Assembly (NCBI GenBank): GCA_030867685.1
Contig: JAQOWU010000004.1
Location: 1-64,000 of the forward strand
DNA: 64,000 nt
Reading direction: 5' to 3'
Source: Wickerhamiella versatilis
Lineage: Eukaryota
Part shown: positions 22,045-32,830 of the stretch, piece by piece
How positions within the stretch are numbered: position 1 is the stretch's first letter
How the letters are laid out: each line of letters starts with the position of its first letter
Position numbers and translations under genes: made by a program
The notes under the pieces: generated by a model
Seen by the model: the letters and a program-made list of their open reading frames with translations, nothing else
What the model was told of the DNA's origin: nothing
Databases searched by the model: none

Positions 22045-22600
22045 GAATAGAATTGTGTTGAGAAATTCTCGAAAACTAGCTGTTTTATACTTGTCGTAGT
22101 GCGGACAAATTTCTTATCTTGGGTTGGGGTATTATTCCCGGGGGAAGAGAAGGCAGACACTACTATTCCTGTAAGACACTAAAACGAACCAAAATCCTGG
22201 CATTAATGACCTTAAAACCTTTTTCTGGTGGATTCTATTGAAAATTAGGTTTTCGCAGCTCTTACAGTCCCTCTGTTCTTGGAGTCGCTTCTCAGCAGTC
22301 TGTGACATCATCTCGCGTATAATGTAATGCGGTGTAGGTCGGGCTATTTTTAGTTCTATTTTTAAACCAGTCCACTCGGAATTCCAGGGACCTGGCATAG
22401 AAAGAATCAAGACATGGAATCTACTAATTGAGGAGGATGGATGTCACTTATACATTCTTCGACTGTCAATAAATGCCTAGTCTCGTCTGCATTCGTTAAA
22501 GAGGTCTTTCCATGGCTAGGTCTGATATTTTGGATTTACCTATACCGAAATACCGTTATTTTTTACAATCCAATTACTGTTGGTACCTATTAGCACTTAC

Positions 22601-24180
22601 TTACGTTGCATAAAGAAACCTGGGATTAAGGTCGCCTGCCATTACCTTATCCTCGAAACTCAGTCTCTCCCAATTAGAGTCTTCTTTTCCATCCCGTCTG
22701 CGTTTGTTAACGCAGATTATCCCTAAAAAATAAACTGTGCACGTTACGAGAGAAAATACCATAAGAGCCAAACAAGTCCATATACCTCGTGAATAGTTGG
22801 GCGCATCCTGAGGTCGAAAAATGAATGATGATACGATGCCTCCTATATTTGCGAACCCCACAATCCAAGCAGAGCTTACTAACTTTCGATAATGTCCAGC
22901 GAAGTTCATACTCGTCCAGCAAACTATGATTGACATAAGACTGATTGCTCCAAGTATAATAAGGAAGCAAGCAACATACCTTGGGTGACTATTGGCAGGA
23001 TTTCCATTTGAGTCAACGGCATCGAATCCCAGAAGCAAGGAGAAACCTGCAATAGAAATCAGCCCAGTAAAGATGGTAAAGAGGTAGCGATGTTGTAGGA
23101 AATCTGAAAGAGCACCAATAATAATGGCACCGCCAAAGCTTGTCAACCATGGGTATATGGAGTAAGCCTGTACACTTACAGGATCGTCTTGCAACGTTTT
23201 GATGATGCTTGTTGCAAAATATGCGTAACTGTACGACCCAACAATCACTCCGAAGTACATTGCACCCCCAACGAATACTTTCCAGTCTTTGAAAACAGAA
23301 AGAATATCTCTAAGGGTTACTTTCGCATTAGCCAAAGATTTGCCTTGATCTAGCTGGTGCTTACGAATTTGGTATTTCCGCTCGTTCTCTGTCAGAAATT
23401 TCGCATCCTCAGGAAAGTCAGCTATGAGGAAGAATAAGATCATGCCACAAGCACAGGTGATCGCACCTTCAATGATGAAGATCCAAAGCCAGCCTGCTAT
23501 TCTCTGCTTTCCATCCAGCGTGTTCATGCCATATGCAATTAGTCCGGCGAAAGCTCCAGCTAGAGATGTCGAGCCATAGAAAAAACAAAATCGCTTGAGT
23601 GCCTCTCTTCGGAGAAGCCATCCTCCTAGAAGATAGAAACAACCAGAGAGCATCCCAGCCTCGAATAAACCGAGAAGGGTTCGTGTCGTATAAAGGGCAC
23701 ATTTCGAAGTCACAAACCCCTGGCCAATCGTGATTCCACCAAAGCATATGATACACAAAGAGAGCCATACGTGAGGCTTCAAGAGCTTAAGCAGGTAATT
23801 TGCTGGGACCTCAAAAACAACATATGGACAGTAAAATAAGGCCAGCGCAACATTGAGTCGATTTCCTTCAAGGTTAGCCCCTCTCATATATTTTCCACCT
23901 GGCTGAGGTCCCGAAGAGATACATACGTTTTGGCATTACTGATATTAACGCGATCAATGAAGCTCAAAAAGTACAGAAGACAAATAGGCAGCACGATCCA
24001 ACAGTCGATCTTTAGTTGAAGCTTCCAGGGAGTTATTTCATATTCTTTTGCTAATTCTTGAACAGTCTTATCAGTTTCCACCGTATTTTGAAACCTAAAG
24101 TTTTCCTCTTCTGTAGATTTAGTGGTAATATGCAAGTTGGATTCTGTGCTGGGGGGCGAGATCTTTCTTCTACTATCCAT
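22601..24180 (-). pseudogene. Frameshifted Tna1-like MFS (ACS family) transporter, paralog of 29693-31276
   Basis: ORFs 23884-24180 and 22601-23887 are the N- and C-parts. Against the paralog there are 8 instead of 9 nt after KTY (~23920), i.e. a 1-nt deletion. Confidence 0.8.
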
Positions 24181-25222
24181 ATGTCAATAGAAGGGATGTA
24201 AGACCAATCGTAGCCTGAATATATTAATAACCCGATATTACCACCAGTTATTTACAGTAATGGAAAAATCAAGGTCCCATTGGGTCATGTCTTACGTTAA
24301 GATCGTCTTCATCGATGGCGCTCGGAATTTTATTTAGGAGAATCCATAAATATCCCCGTTTTGCAAGTAACTGACACCAGATATAAACTGTTCTTTTATA
24401 CGAGTCCGGAAATATAGATAGTCTTGATCTAAGGCTCGCAATTGGGGCCATGGCTACCTTGAAGTGACTAGGGGTGAAGTTGAGCGCATGTTATGTAATA
24501 TCATGATTCACACATCATTGGAGTTAGCAAGCCGCTATAGCAGGTATTAGAAGCAATTTATATAATTCTTGTTCGGGGATATCACTGATCTTAGACTGTT
24601 AAAAGAAACGAAGTCGTCACTTTAGTGACCTGTCAAAACATATGTCAAAAGATCAGATAGAAGCTCCAGCTAAGACTGAGCCACTAGCTTATTGATATCG
24701 ACAATGATTCACACTAAGCGAGATTTTCGTGGGCAAGATGCATTGGTCAGTGGACGCCATGTCGCCTACCAGGAAGACTAACCACATTGCAAGACAATCC
24801 ATATTTGCAGATATACCATCGTGTTTATACTAAGAAATCTTCGGACTAGTACCTTTCTGAATTTATACCAGTAGACCGTGCCAAATCAATGATTTCACGT
24901 GGGAGTTCACTGGTTTAAACCTTATCCAAAAATATTCCGAAATTTTCATAAGAGGGTCTCCGGGTATCTCGAAATCAAAGTGAAATGAAACACACAGCTA
25001 CATAGCGGTAAATAAAACATTCTGCTACCCACACGTGGTTCCACAAGGCAAGATACTGATACCTGACTTTATGGCACCCCCGGTCATACTACCCTTTCCC
25101 TGGAAACTGTGCGAGGCACTGCTATCAAATTTCGCAGATAGCAGTGTAACTGTAACATAGTAAGCATACTAACAGAAATTCGTTATTTCCGTCAACAATA
25201 TAGCAGACGGTAAGCTTCCCAG

Positions 25223-26848
25223 ATGTCCGACACGTGCGAAAGAGATTATACATGTGCGGAGCCGGAGTTAGGAAGAGGAGCGGAGGAAAAAGTCACCACG
25301 AATGTGACGAATTCTAAAATAGATACACTCCACTTAGTTCAACATGCGGAAAATGCTGATCAAGCAATGAAATATGCACATAACAGTCATGAGTTCGACC
25401 AGGTTGGCAGGGACATAGAACGGAAATTAAAGCGAAAAACTGACTTGTTTGTGATGCCTCTGCTTATTATTATATATGCATTACAGTTTGCAGATAAGGT
25501 ATCAAACGGAGGAGCTTCAGTAATGGGCCTGCGCTCGGATCTAAACATGAAGGGAAACATGTATTCATGGGTTGGGGTAAGTTTTTATCTCGGCGAGATT
25601 GTGGGACTCATCTTTGTTTGGTCTCTTATCCAGAAATTCCCAGCTGCAAAGTTAACAGCAACCATGATTACTGCGTGGGGAGTAATCATGGCCTGCTCTG
25701 CTGCCAGCCAAAATTACGCCGGATATATCGCATGCCGCGTTTTACTTGGAATGGTAGAGGGAGTTGTGACGCCAGCCTTCTCTTTAATCACAACACAGTG
25801 GTATCGTCGAGATGCTGGTGAACAGTTTTCACGCACAAACTTTTGGTTTGGAGCCAATGGTATCGGCTTAATTATTGGCACATCCCTGGCTTATGGTTTC
25901 TACATACGCGATTCGTCTACCATAGCCGGATGGCGTGGTCTTTTCATCTGTCTTGGCTGCATGACAATTGTTTTTGGGATCGTGTTTTTTGTTCATATCC
26001 CCGATGACCCTTTAAAAGCGTGGTTTCTAACTGACGATGAAAAAATGTGGCAAGTTGAACGTATCCGTCGCAACAATAAGGGATTTGGTAGCCATCATAT
26101 TAAATCATATCAAATCAGAGAATGTCTCAAAGATTTACGTTGGTATCTGTATATGGCAATAATGTTTTTGGGCTGTATACCTATCGGAGGACTGACCAAC
26201 TTTGGCACTATCATCCTTGGGGGTATCATTAAGGGAAATGCTGTACCAGTAATAGAAGGGGACCCCAGAATGAACGATATTTCAGCTCGTTCCCTACTCA
26301 TGCAGTTGCCACAGGGCGGTACATCGTTTGTTGGGTGTGTACTGGTTGGTGTGGCCTCTTCATATATTCTTAAAAATTACAGAACACTTTACGGAGTATT
26401 TATCGGCATGATCAATATATTAGCGTTCTGTTTTCTTGCATGGGGATTCAATTCGGGTAGCAGGCTTTTTGGTCTCTACACTTGTGTATGGAGTAGTACT
26501 GCTTTGCTTATCGTAAATCTCTCGTGTATTCAATCAAATATGGGAGGGACAACAAAGACTCTAGTGGCAACAGCTAGCTGCATGCAGTTTTACTGCTGTG
26601 GTAACGCTCTAGGTTCAAGCGACGCTCTTTTTAAGCCGTCCGAAGAACCAGATTATCATACAGCCAAGGTAACCATGGCAGCATGTGCTTGCATTCAGAC
26701 ATTCCTCATAGCAAGTCTTTATGTAGTGTACCTGGTTGAAAACAAATTGCGTGACCGAAAAAATGAAAAACTTCCACCAGGCATTGATCATCCTGAATTT
26801 GCTGATCTCACAGACATGGAAAACCCCGAATTCAGATACGTTTATTAG
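25223..26848 (+). CDS. Allantoate/ureidosuccinate permease-like MFS (Dal5 family)
   Basis: LQFADK, LGMVEGVVTPAFSLITTQWYRR, PDDPLKAWFLT, C-terminal EFADLTDMENPEFRYVY. Confidence 0.85.
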   Translation: MSDTCERDYTCAEPELGRGAEEKVTTNVTNSKIDTLHLVQHAENADQAMKYAHNSHEFDQVGRDIERKLKRKTDLFVMPLLIIIYALQFADKVSNGGASVMGLRSDLNMKGNMYSWVGVSFYLGEIVGLIFVWSLIQKFPAAKLTATMITAWGVIMACSAASQNYAGYIACRVLLGMVEGVVTPAFSLITTQWYRRDAGEQFSRTNFWFGANGIGLIIGTSLAYGFYIRDSSTIAGWRGLFICLGCMTIVFGIVFFVHIPDDPLKAWFLTDDEKMWQVERIRRNNKGFGSHHIKSYQIRECLKDLRWYLYMAIMFLGCIPIGGLTNFGTIILGGIIKGNAVPVIEGDPRMNDISARSLLMQLPQGGTSFVGCVLVGVASSYILKNYRTLYGVFIGMINILAFCFLAWGFNSGSRLFGLYTCVWSSTALLIVNLSCIQSNMGGTTKTLVATASCMQFYCCGNALGSSDALFKPSEEPDYHTAKVTMAACACIQTFLIASLYVVYLVENKLRDRKNEKLPPGIDHPEFADLTDMENPEFRYVY

Positions 26849-27152
26849 ATTAGATTTCGTTGGCTCTAGCATATAACCATTGACATATTACTCAACATGT
26901 TAGATAGAGGTAAATTTTGCAAAGATAGCCCACTTTTAGCTTTATATATTCCGCTTATATCAAAAAGCTTGGAAATTTTGTGGGGTCATTTCATCGTGTG
27001 TGCGGATTAGTAATGTTAAGTTCATGTTAAGTCTGGTCGGCAGTTATCTATGTATATCCCTTAGCCCATAGCAATCGTTAGCCCATGTCCTGTATAGCAT
27101 TACACTGCTCGAGAAATAAAGTTATAAGGTCATAAGTTAGAGATTGATGAAT

Positions 27153-27590
27153 TTAAGATATTTTTGTTTCATTTTTTATAAGAATACTCAGACACGAAGT
27201 AATCAAAGCTATAATAACAATGAAGGCGACAATTATTGAGATCCTTGCTGCAGGATATAGTCCACATAGAAGTGCCTTTTGGGTTGAAAAGTATCTCAAG
27301 GTCCCAATAATAGAGAATATTAGCCCAATGACAATAAATAAGATTCCGATGATCTGCCCAGCCCTCTGGAATTCCCCCATACGTCCCACATGGCCATTTA
27401 GTTGAAAAAGTTGGGTAACGACGACACCTGCACTGACTGCAGTAAGACCTGTTCTCATCCAAGCAAGAAATGTCCTCTCATTGGCAAGATGGTCTCGAGC
27501 AACACTATTATGGTTTTCCAGGTAAAGCTCTAGCTCGAGCCCCTTCATGAAGGTTAGTAACACATCGACATCCATGTCAAAATTGTCCAT
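27153..27590 (-). CDS. DUF202 (YidH/Vtc1-like) 3-TM membrane protein
   Basis: ARDHLANERTFLAWMRT plus three hydrophobic segments. Confidence 0.85.
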   Translation of the reverse strand: MDNFDMDVDVLLTFMKGLELELYLENHNSVARDHLANERTFLAWMRTGLTAVSAGVVVTQLFQLNGHVGRMGEFQRAGQIIGILFIVIGLIFSIIGTLRYFSTQKALLCGLYPAARISIIVAFIVIIALITSCLSILIKNETKIS

Positions 27591-27604
27591 AGACGTTACT
27601 ATTA

Positions 27605-27949
27605 TTAGACCCTGGCTATTATAATTATAAGGGCAATGTATGACCCAATCGTAAATGCCGAATTAATGGCGACTAAACGGCCACCGGTGATAAATTTCTT
27701 GAAGCTTGAAGCCTCAAATTCGCGTTCAACACGAAAGGAGTGATATAAAGCAAAGCAAATATTTAATATAGCATGTATTGTGAGTACAAGGGCAACCGGT
27801 ACATACTCCTTTGCGAAGAGTCTCAGAATGAGGAGCGCCAACGAGATTTCCGAGAAAAAAGCGCGAGCATACGTTCCCTCAAATGTTCTATAAGACGCTC
27901 GAATATCTTGGCGAACGCTTTTTGGCAACACGCCGATTTCTGAAGGCAT
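27605..27949 (-). CDS. Divergent DUF202-like 3-TM membrane protein
   Basis: IRASYRTFEGTYAR (variant of the RTF..Y/W.R motif) plus three TM segments. Confidence 0.65.
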   Translation of the reverse strand: MPSEIGVLPKSVRQDIRASYRTFEGTYARAFFSEISLALLILRLFAKEYVPVALVLTIHAILNICFALYHSFRVEREFEASSFKKFITGGRLVAINSAFTIGSYIALIIIIARV

Positions 27950-28333
27950 TAAGAGGGAAAGCTTACATACCTTAGATGTAACATTTCTCTATAGCTAAGA
28001 GGATTATTACTAATATTCTCCCTTGGATTTCTTTTGTGTGTTTAGTTTTGTCGTGCTCATAGAATTTGGATACTTCCAGTATTCAAATTATTGTAATTGA
28101 GAATAATATAGCTGTTTCATCGATGTTATCGCAGTTAGTGCGGAGATTGGAGCCGCAATCAGTCCGGAGAGGCCCATGTAGATACACACTCACTCACTGA
28201 GGCGCGTATGATTGTTGCCACAGCTCAACTCAAATAGTTACTGTGGCAGTCGATATACAGCCAACAGAATAATGTAGGAAGGAATAACATAAATCAACTT
28301 CTTGCTCATTTTTGCCCCGCCTCTCATCAGGCT

Positions 28334-28379
28334 TTGGACAAATTTGCGTAGCCCATATATGGCTATCTTGCACTGTCCA
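28334..28379. repeat. Inverted pair of 41-bp repeat fragments
   Basis: TTGGACAAATTTGCGTAGCCCA (-, degenerate), spacer TATAT, GGCTATCTTGCACTGTCCA (+). Confidence 0.7.
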
Positions 28380-28446
28380 CATGTATATATAATTTATCAA
28401 GACTAATATACAGTATCAAAGGTACGCTCCCCAAGTACGTGGTGCC

Positions 28447-28472
28447 GTGGGCTATCTTGCATTGTCCACCAG
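28447..28472 (+). repeat. 41-bp repeat fragment capping the left end of a duplicated segment
   Basis: GTGGGCTATCTTGCATTGTCCACCAG. Confidence 0.95.
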
Positions 28473-28794
28473 ATATTGATCATCCTGAATTTCCACAGAC
28501 ATGGAAAACCCCGAATTCAGATACGGCTATTAGATAAGATTTCGTTGGCTCTAGCACATAATCATTGAGATGTTACTCAACATGTTAGACAGAGGTGAAA
28601 TTTGCAAATGTTTAGCTTTCTATATCTCGCTTACATCACAATGCTTGGAAATTTTGTAGGGTCATTTCATCGTGTGAGCGGATAAGTAATGTTGAGTTCG
28701 TTAAGTCTGGTCGGCAGTTATCTATGCATATCCCTTAACCCATATCAATCGTTAGCCCATGTCCTGTATAACATTACATTGCTTGAGCAACAAA
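28465..28794 (+). repeat. Diverged direct copy of 26773-27120 (3' end and 3' flank of the Dal5-like gene)
   Basis: Shared blocks ATTGATCATCCTGAATTT, CACAGACATGGAAAACCCCGAATTCAGATACG, GTTAAGTCTGGTCGGCAGTTATCTATG, AATCGTTAGCCCATGTCCTGTATA. Confidence 0.95.
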
Positions 28795-28851
28795 TGCAAC
28801 ATAGCCCACTTCACTAACTGAGACTGCTTGGACATTGCAAGATAGTCCACT
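28793..28851 (-). repeat. 41-bp repeat, ~1.4 tandem units capping the right end of the duplicated segment
   Basis: AATGCAACATAGCCCACTTCACTAACTGAGACTGCTTGGACATTGCAAGATAGTCCACT. Confidence 0.95.
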
Positions 28852-29692
28852 GGCCAGCAAAATTCACACGTTAAATGTTCAAACTGTCAGTATTAAAAAA
28901 AACAATGCTGGTTGGATATATCCACGAATGCAACGCTGGCACAAACAGTAGCAATGTGTCAACGGAGAGCCGCCGCATTTTTGGAATTCGTATAAGTACA
29001 AGTTAACCCAAGAAGTTGATTACAAGCATAGCGTGCGCCGAGGTGGAGATGTATTTACCCCACACAAGATAGTTTGTTATCGCGTGAATAACATCGCATG
29101 TATTGATTAATTTATCTCGAAGTTACCAGTCTCTATCGCTACTCGTTGAACAAGGATATATTTATAATCCCGGAGAAGAATTCTAACATTACGTTGCCAA
29201 AATTCGAAGTATAAGAGCATCAATGTAATTGCTAAGAATAAAAACGATCTAGAGATAATATTGAAAAAAAGCAATTCGAAGAATACTAGTTAGCGGTTGC
29301 AATTGCCAAAAATTAGGAGGTATAAGCTCCGGTTTACTTCATACTACCCCATGATTGTGGTTGAGATAACACTAAAGATAAATCATAATTATAGATCCAA
29401 CTTTACATATTATCACAGACAAAGCAGTTACATAGCACATAACTTGAACCTCGCCGATTCTCTGGGGCAGAAAATCAATACTGAACCGCATAGAACACGC
29501 TGCGTCTCCGCCACGTTTTCGAACGCTTTCAACCATCCGGGACTATCAAGAAATCGTGCCTTAGATGCGAGGGAAAGGATAAAATAGCGTAGAATTAATT
29601 ATGGTGAGGCATGGAAAGTCTTGTCGAGGTGCTGCTGGCAGAACTTACTTTAGCGATAAATGCGGTTAGGTTCAAGTGGGGCTACACAAGGC

Positions 29693-31276
29693 TTAAAGCG
29701 CGTAGACAAATTGAGGGTTTATGTCTCCAGCGAGTGCCTTCTGATCATCGCTCAATTTGTCCCAGTCGTCATTTTCCGCACCCGTACTCCGGCGTTTGTT
29801 AACAAGATATACTCCAAAGAAATAAACAGTAGTCGCTGCGAGAGAAAATAACATCAGTGCAAGACAAGTCCAAGCTCCCCGTGAATATTTCGGAGCATCT
29901 TGAGTCGTAAAAATGAAAGCTGAGACAATTCCACCGATATTTCCAAACCCAACAATCCAAGCAGAGCCCACCATCTTACGATGGTGACCAGCTAGGTTCA
30001 TAATCGTCCAGCAAATCATAATTGGCATGAAACTGTATGTTCCAAGGGTCACCAAGAAGCATCCGGCATATCGAGCGTTTACATTCGTGGGGTTCCCGTC
30101 AGAATCGACAGGGTTAATGCCGATAAGCATGGCAAACCCAGCAATGCATATGATGCATGTAAGGATGGTAAACAGAAAGCGGTGCCTTAAATAGTCAGAT
30201 ATAACCCCAAAGATAATACTACCTCCGAAGCTCACGAGCCAGGGATAAATAGAATATACTTGAACGGAAACTGGGTCCTGGTGCATAGTCTGAATAATAG
30301 ATGTTGCAAAATACGCATAGCTGTATGCTGCCACGACAGATCCAAAGTACATAACAGCCGCAGCATGTACCTTCCAGTCCTTCAAAACTGACAACATATC
30401 TGAAAGAGTGACATCTCGACGAGCCAACGAACGACCCTGATCTAGTTGCAGCTTGTGGACCTGGTAAGCGCGTTCATTTTCAGATAAGAACTTTGCATCT
30501 TCCGGAAAATCTGCTATCAAGAAGAACAGTATAATTCCGCAAGCACACGTAATAGCACCCTCGACGATGAAAATCCATCTCCATCCAGCTATCGATTGTT
30601 TTCCTTCCAATGTATTCATTCCATATGCAATTAGCCCCGCAAAAGCGCCCGCCAAGGAAGTTGATGCAAAGAAGAAGCAATAACGTTTAAGAGCCTCATC
30701 TCGCCGAAGCCAGCCTCCCAGAAGATAAAAGCATCCGGGGAACATTCCAGACTCGAGAAGTCCTAGCAATACTCGGGTGGTATAAAGACCGCCCTTGGAA
30801 GTAACGAAACCTTGGGCAATTGTGACTGCTCCGAAACATATGATGCACAGGGAAAGCCAGACATGTGGTTTCAGTTTCTTGAGCAACCAATTTGCTGGGA
30901 TTTCAAAAACAACATATGGACAGAAAAACAGCGCTAGAGCAACATTAAATTGATTTCCTTCAAGGTTCGCACCTCCCATATATCGCCCTCTTGGATCAGG
31001 CCCACTATTCAAGCCATAGGTCTTTGCATTACTGATATTAACACGGTCGATGAAGCTAAGTAAATATAAGAGACAGATGGGGAGAAAAATCCAGCAATCT
31101 ACCTTCAGCTGAAGCTTCCATGGTGTCACCTCATAATCCTTTTGCAGTTTTCGAAGAGTATCGTCTACTTCAGTTTTACTGGGTAGTCTGAAACTATCTC
31201 CATCGTTCATTTCGCTAGCATCACTTGGTTGCGTCTCCATAGGTTCCACTTTTCCCTTCTGAGGGCTAGACGACAT
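29693..31276 (-). CDS. Tna1-like MFS (ACS family; nicotinate/organic-anion permease-like)
   Basis: LSFIDRVNISNAK, YVVFEIPAN, GLLESGMFPG, GWRWIFIVEG, DFPEDAKFL, C-terminal LAGDINPQFVYAL. Confidence 0.85.
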   Translation of the reverse strand: MSSSPQKGKVEPMETQPSDASEMNDGDSFRLPSKTEVDDTLRKLQKDYEVTPWKLQLKVDCWIFLPICLLYLLSFIDRVNISNAKTYGLNSGPDPRGRYMGGANLEGNQFNVALALFFCPYVVFEIPANWLLKKLKPHVWLSLCIICFGAVTIAQGFVTSKGGLYTTRVLLGLLESGMFPGCFYLLGGWLRRDEALKRYCFFFASTSLAGAFAGLIAYGMNTLEGKQSIAGWRWIFIVEGAITCACGIILFFLIADFPEDAKFLSENERAYQVHKLQLDQGRSLARRDVTLSDMLSVLKDWKVHAAAVMYFGSVVAAYSYAYFATSIIQTMHQDPVSVQVYSIYPWLVSFGGSIIFGVISDYLRHRFLFTILTCIICIAGFAMLIGINPVDSDGNPTNVNARYAGCFLVTLGTYSFMPIMICWTIMNLAGHHRKMVGSAWIVGFGNIGGIVSAFIFTTQDAPKYSRGAWTCLALMLFSLAATTVYFFGVYLVNKRRSTGAENDDWDKLSDDQKALAGDINPQFVYAL

Positions 31277-32479
31277 TGCGAGAGACTAAAATTACCCCAA
31301 CCCTATGGTTACGGGAATAGATAAACCATGCAGTAATCTCTGATTTCGGGAATATTTAGCACAGTTATCATCCCTGGAGTAAAGACATCGTACCTAGCCG
31401 TACCAATCATTATCCTCATTAATAAATTTTACTATAAAGAAGTATCAATTAGGCGCTAGTGCAACAAATCCTATAAGTTGCAGATCCCCCCCCCGGCGCG
31501 ATCAACAGGGAAAATCATCAGAGAATCATGAATCTTTCGTATCGTTGCATGATTTTAGTAAAAGTATATCTGCAAAAGCACGCATTTTCTTGAAAGATTG
31601 AGTGCCTAGAAGATAATGGTCAATACAAGCTGGCAGCCCCTCAATGTTAAAATCATCAAACCTCGGCAGACATATTTCAATCTTCAAGAATAGAAACCAT
31701 ATAATCCATCTTTATACAGCTTTGGTTCCAGTAAGAAGTACTTCGAATATATTCATAGTATTGAGCATGAAAACAAACCGTGGTAAGTGATTGGACCTCC
31801 ACATTATGGGCTGCACACAGATAGCCAAATTCGTATGCAGGTTACTTAACTAAACATATCCCTTCAATGCCATCGGCCACTACATTTGGTAAAATTACGC
31901 CTCAAGGCCTAAGAGCACCTAGTTCTGCGATGAAATACTTCTCTCCGTTGACCATATAACTGCTGAGAATAGCGACAAGTTAAAAATAGTCAAACAGGTA
32001 AGCCGTTCCAATCGTGATTGAACTAAATCCCTTGAGAATTCTCCATCGATAGTACTTTTTTTTCCGTTTCGGGTGATATGGAAGTGTATCAAGTAGATTA
32101 ATAGCCTTATGCATCGAGTATGTCCCTATATGAAAATACAATAAACTTTTCCTGCAAACGCGATCCACAAACCCCTGCCTGCGAATTCACATATTCAGAG
32201 TTCACTATATAGTGAAATTTCCATGATTAGACGACTACAGGTCTTAGCTTGCTGCTTCGGCTCTTATCTATGATGATATGGATGTTAGCTTGTCCACCGA
32301 GTCTAATTGTGGGTAGCAGTCTGAGCACTCCCCTAATAACTCCTATTTTCCATGCCAAAAGCTCAAAAACCTTGTAGTTTTTGTATTCGACAAGATTTAC
32401 TCACCACAGGTACTTATATCGACTTTCTTGATAGCCACTGAACTAGCTTGCCCTGCTTATAATATTAAAAGTCGTTAGG

Positions 32480-32502
32480 AGTGGGATATCTTGCAAGATA
32501 GC
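32480..32502. repeat. Two opposed 41-bp repeat fragments fused through the TGCA palindrome
   Basis: AGTGGGATATCTTGCA overlapping TGCAAGATAGC. Confidence 0.6.
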
Positions 32503-32830
32503 TTAGATGAGATGGGTAAAAAGCCGTTTCGGTCAGGCGGTGGGCAATAAGCGGGGTTGCATACCCTAACCTCGCGGTATGGATTTCGTCAAGCCGCAAA
32601 ACTAAAAAGCTATTGGATTTAGTTAAAAAAAAAGCATAGATAACCACTGGAAAGTTTGAAATCCTATCTGGATTCCGCAATGTTTGTCTCTACGGCGACT
32701 ACCGATCCAACGGCTCACCCCTCAAATTAGTACGAGATGTCGATCGATGGATCTCCGCACGCCATCATACCCTATAAAAAAGGCTAGAACGTACGCAATA
32801 TGTTTTATATATATACTACTGTCATTGGAA

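Noticed and set aside
23895-23927. Intron (GTATGT donor) rescuing the transporter frameshift
   Set aside because: Nearby AG acceptors would give 24-28-nt introns that do not restore the frame, no branch point is visible, and the paralog aligns collinearly with a 1-nt gap
28447-28851. 41-bp repeat as MITE/Pack-MULE terminal inverted repeats
   Set aside because: No target-site duplication seen, arm lengths differ, units run in tandem and no transposase is in the window; disfavoured but not formally excluded
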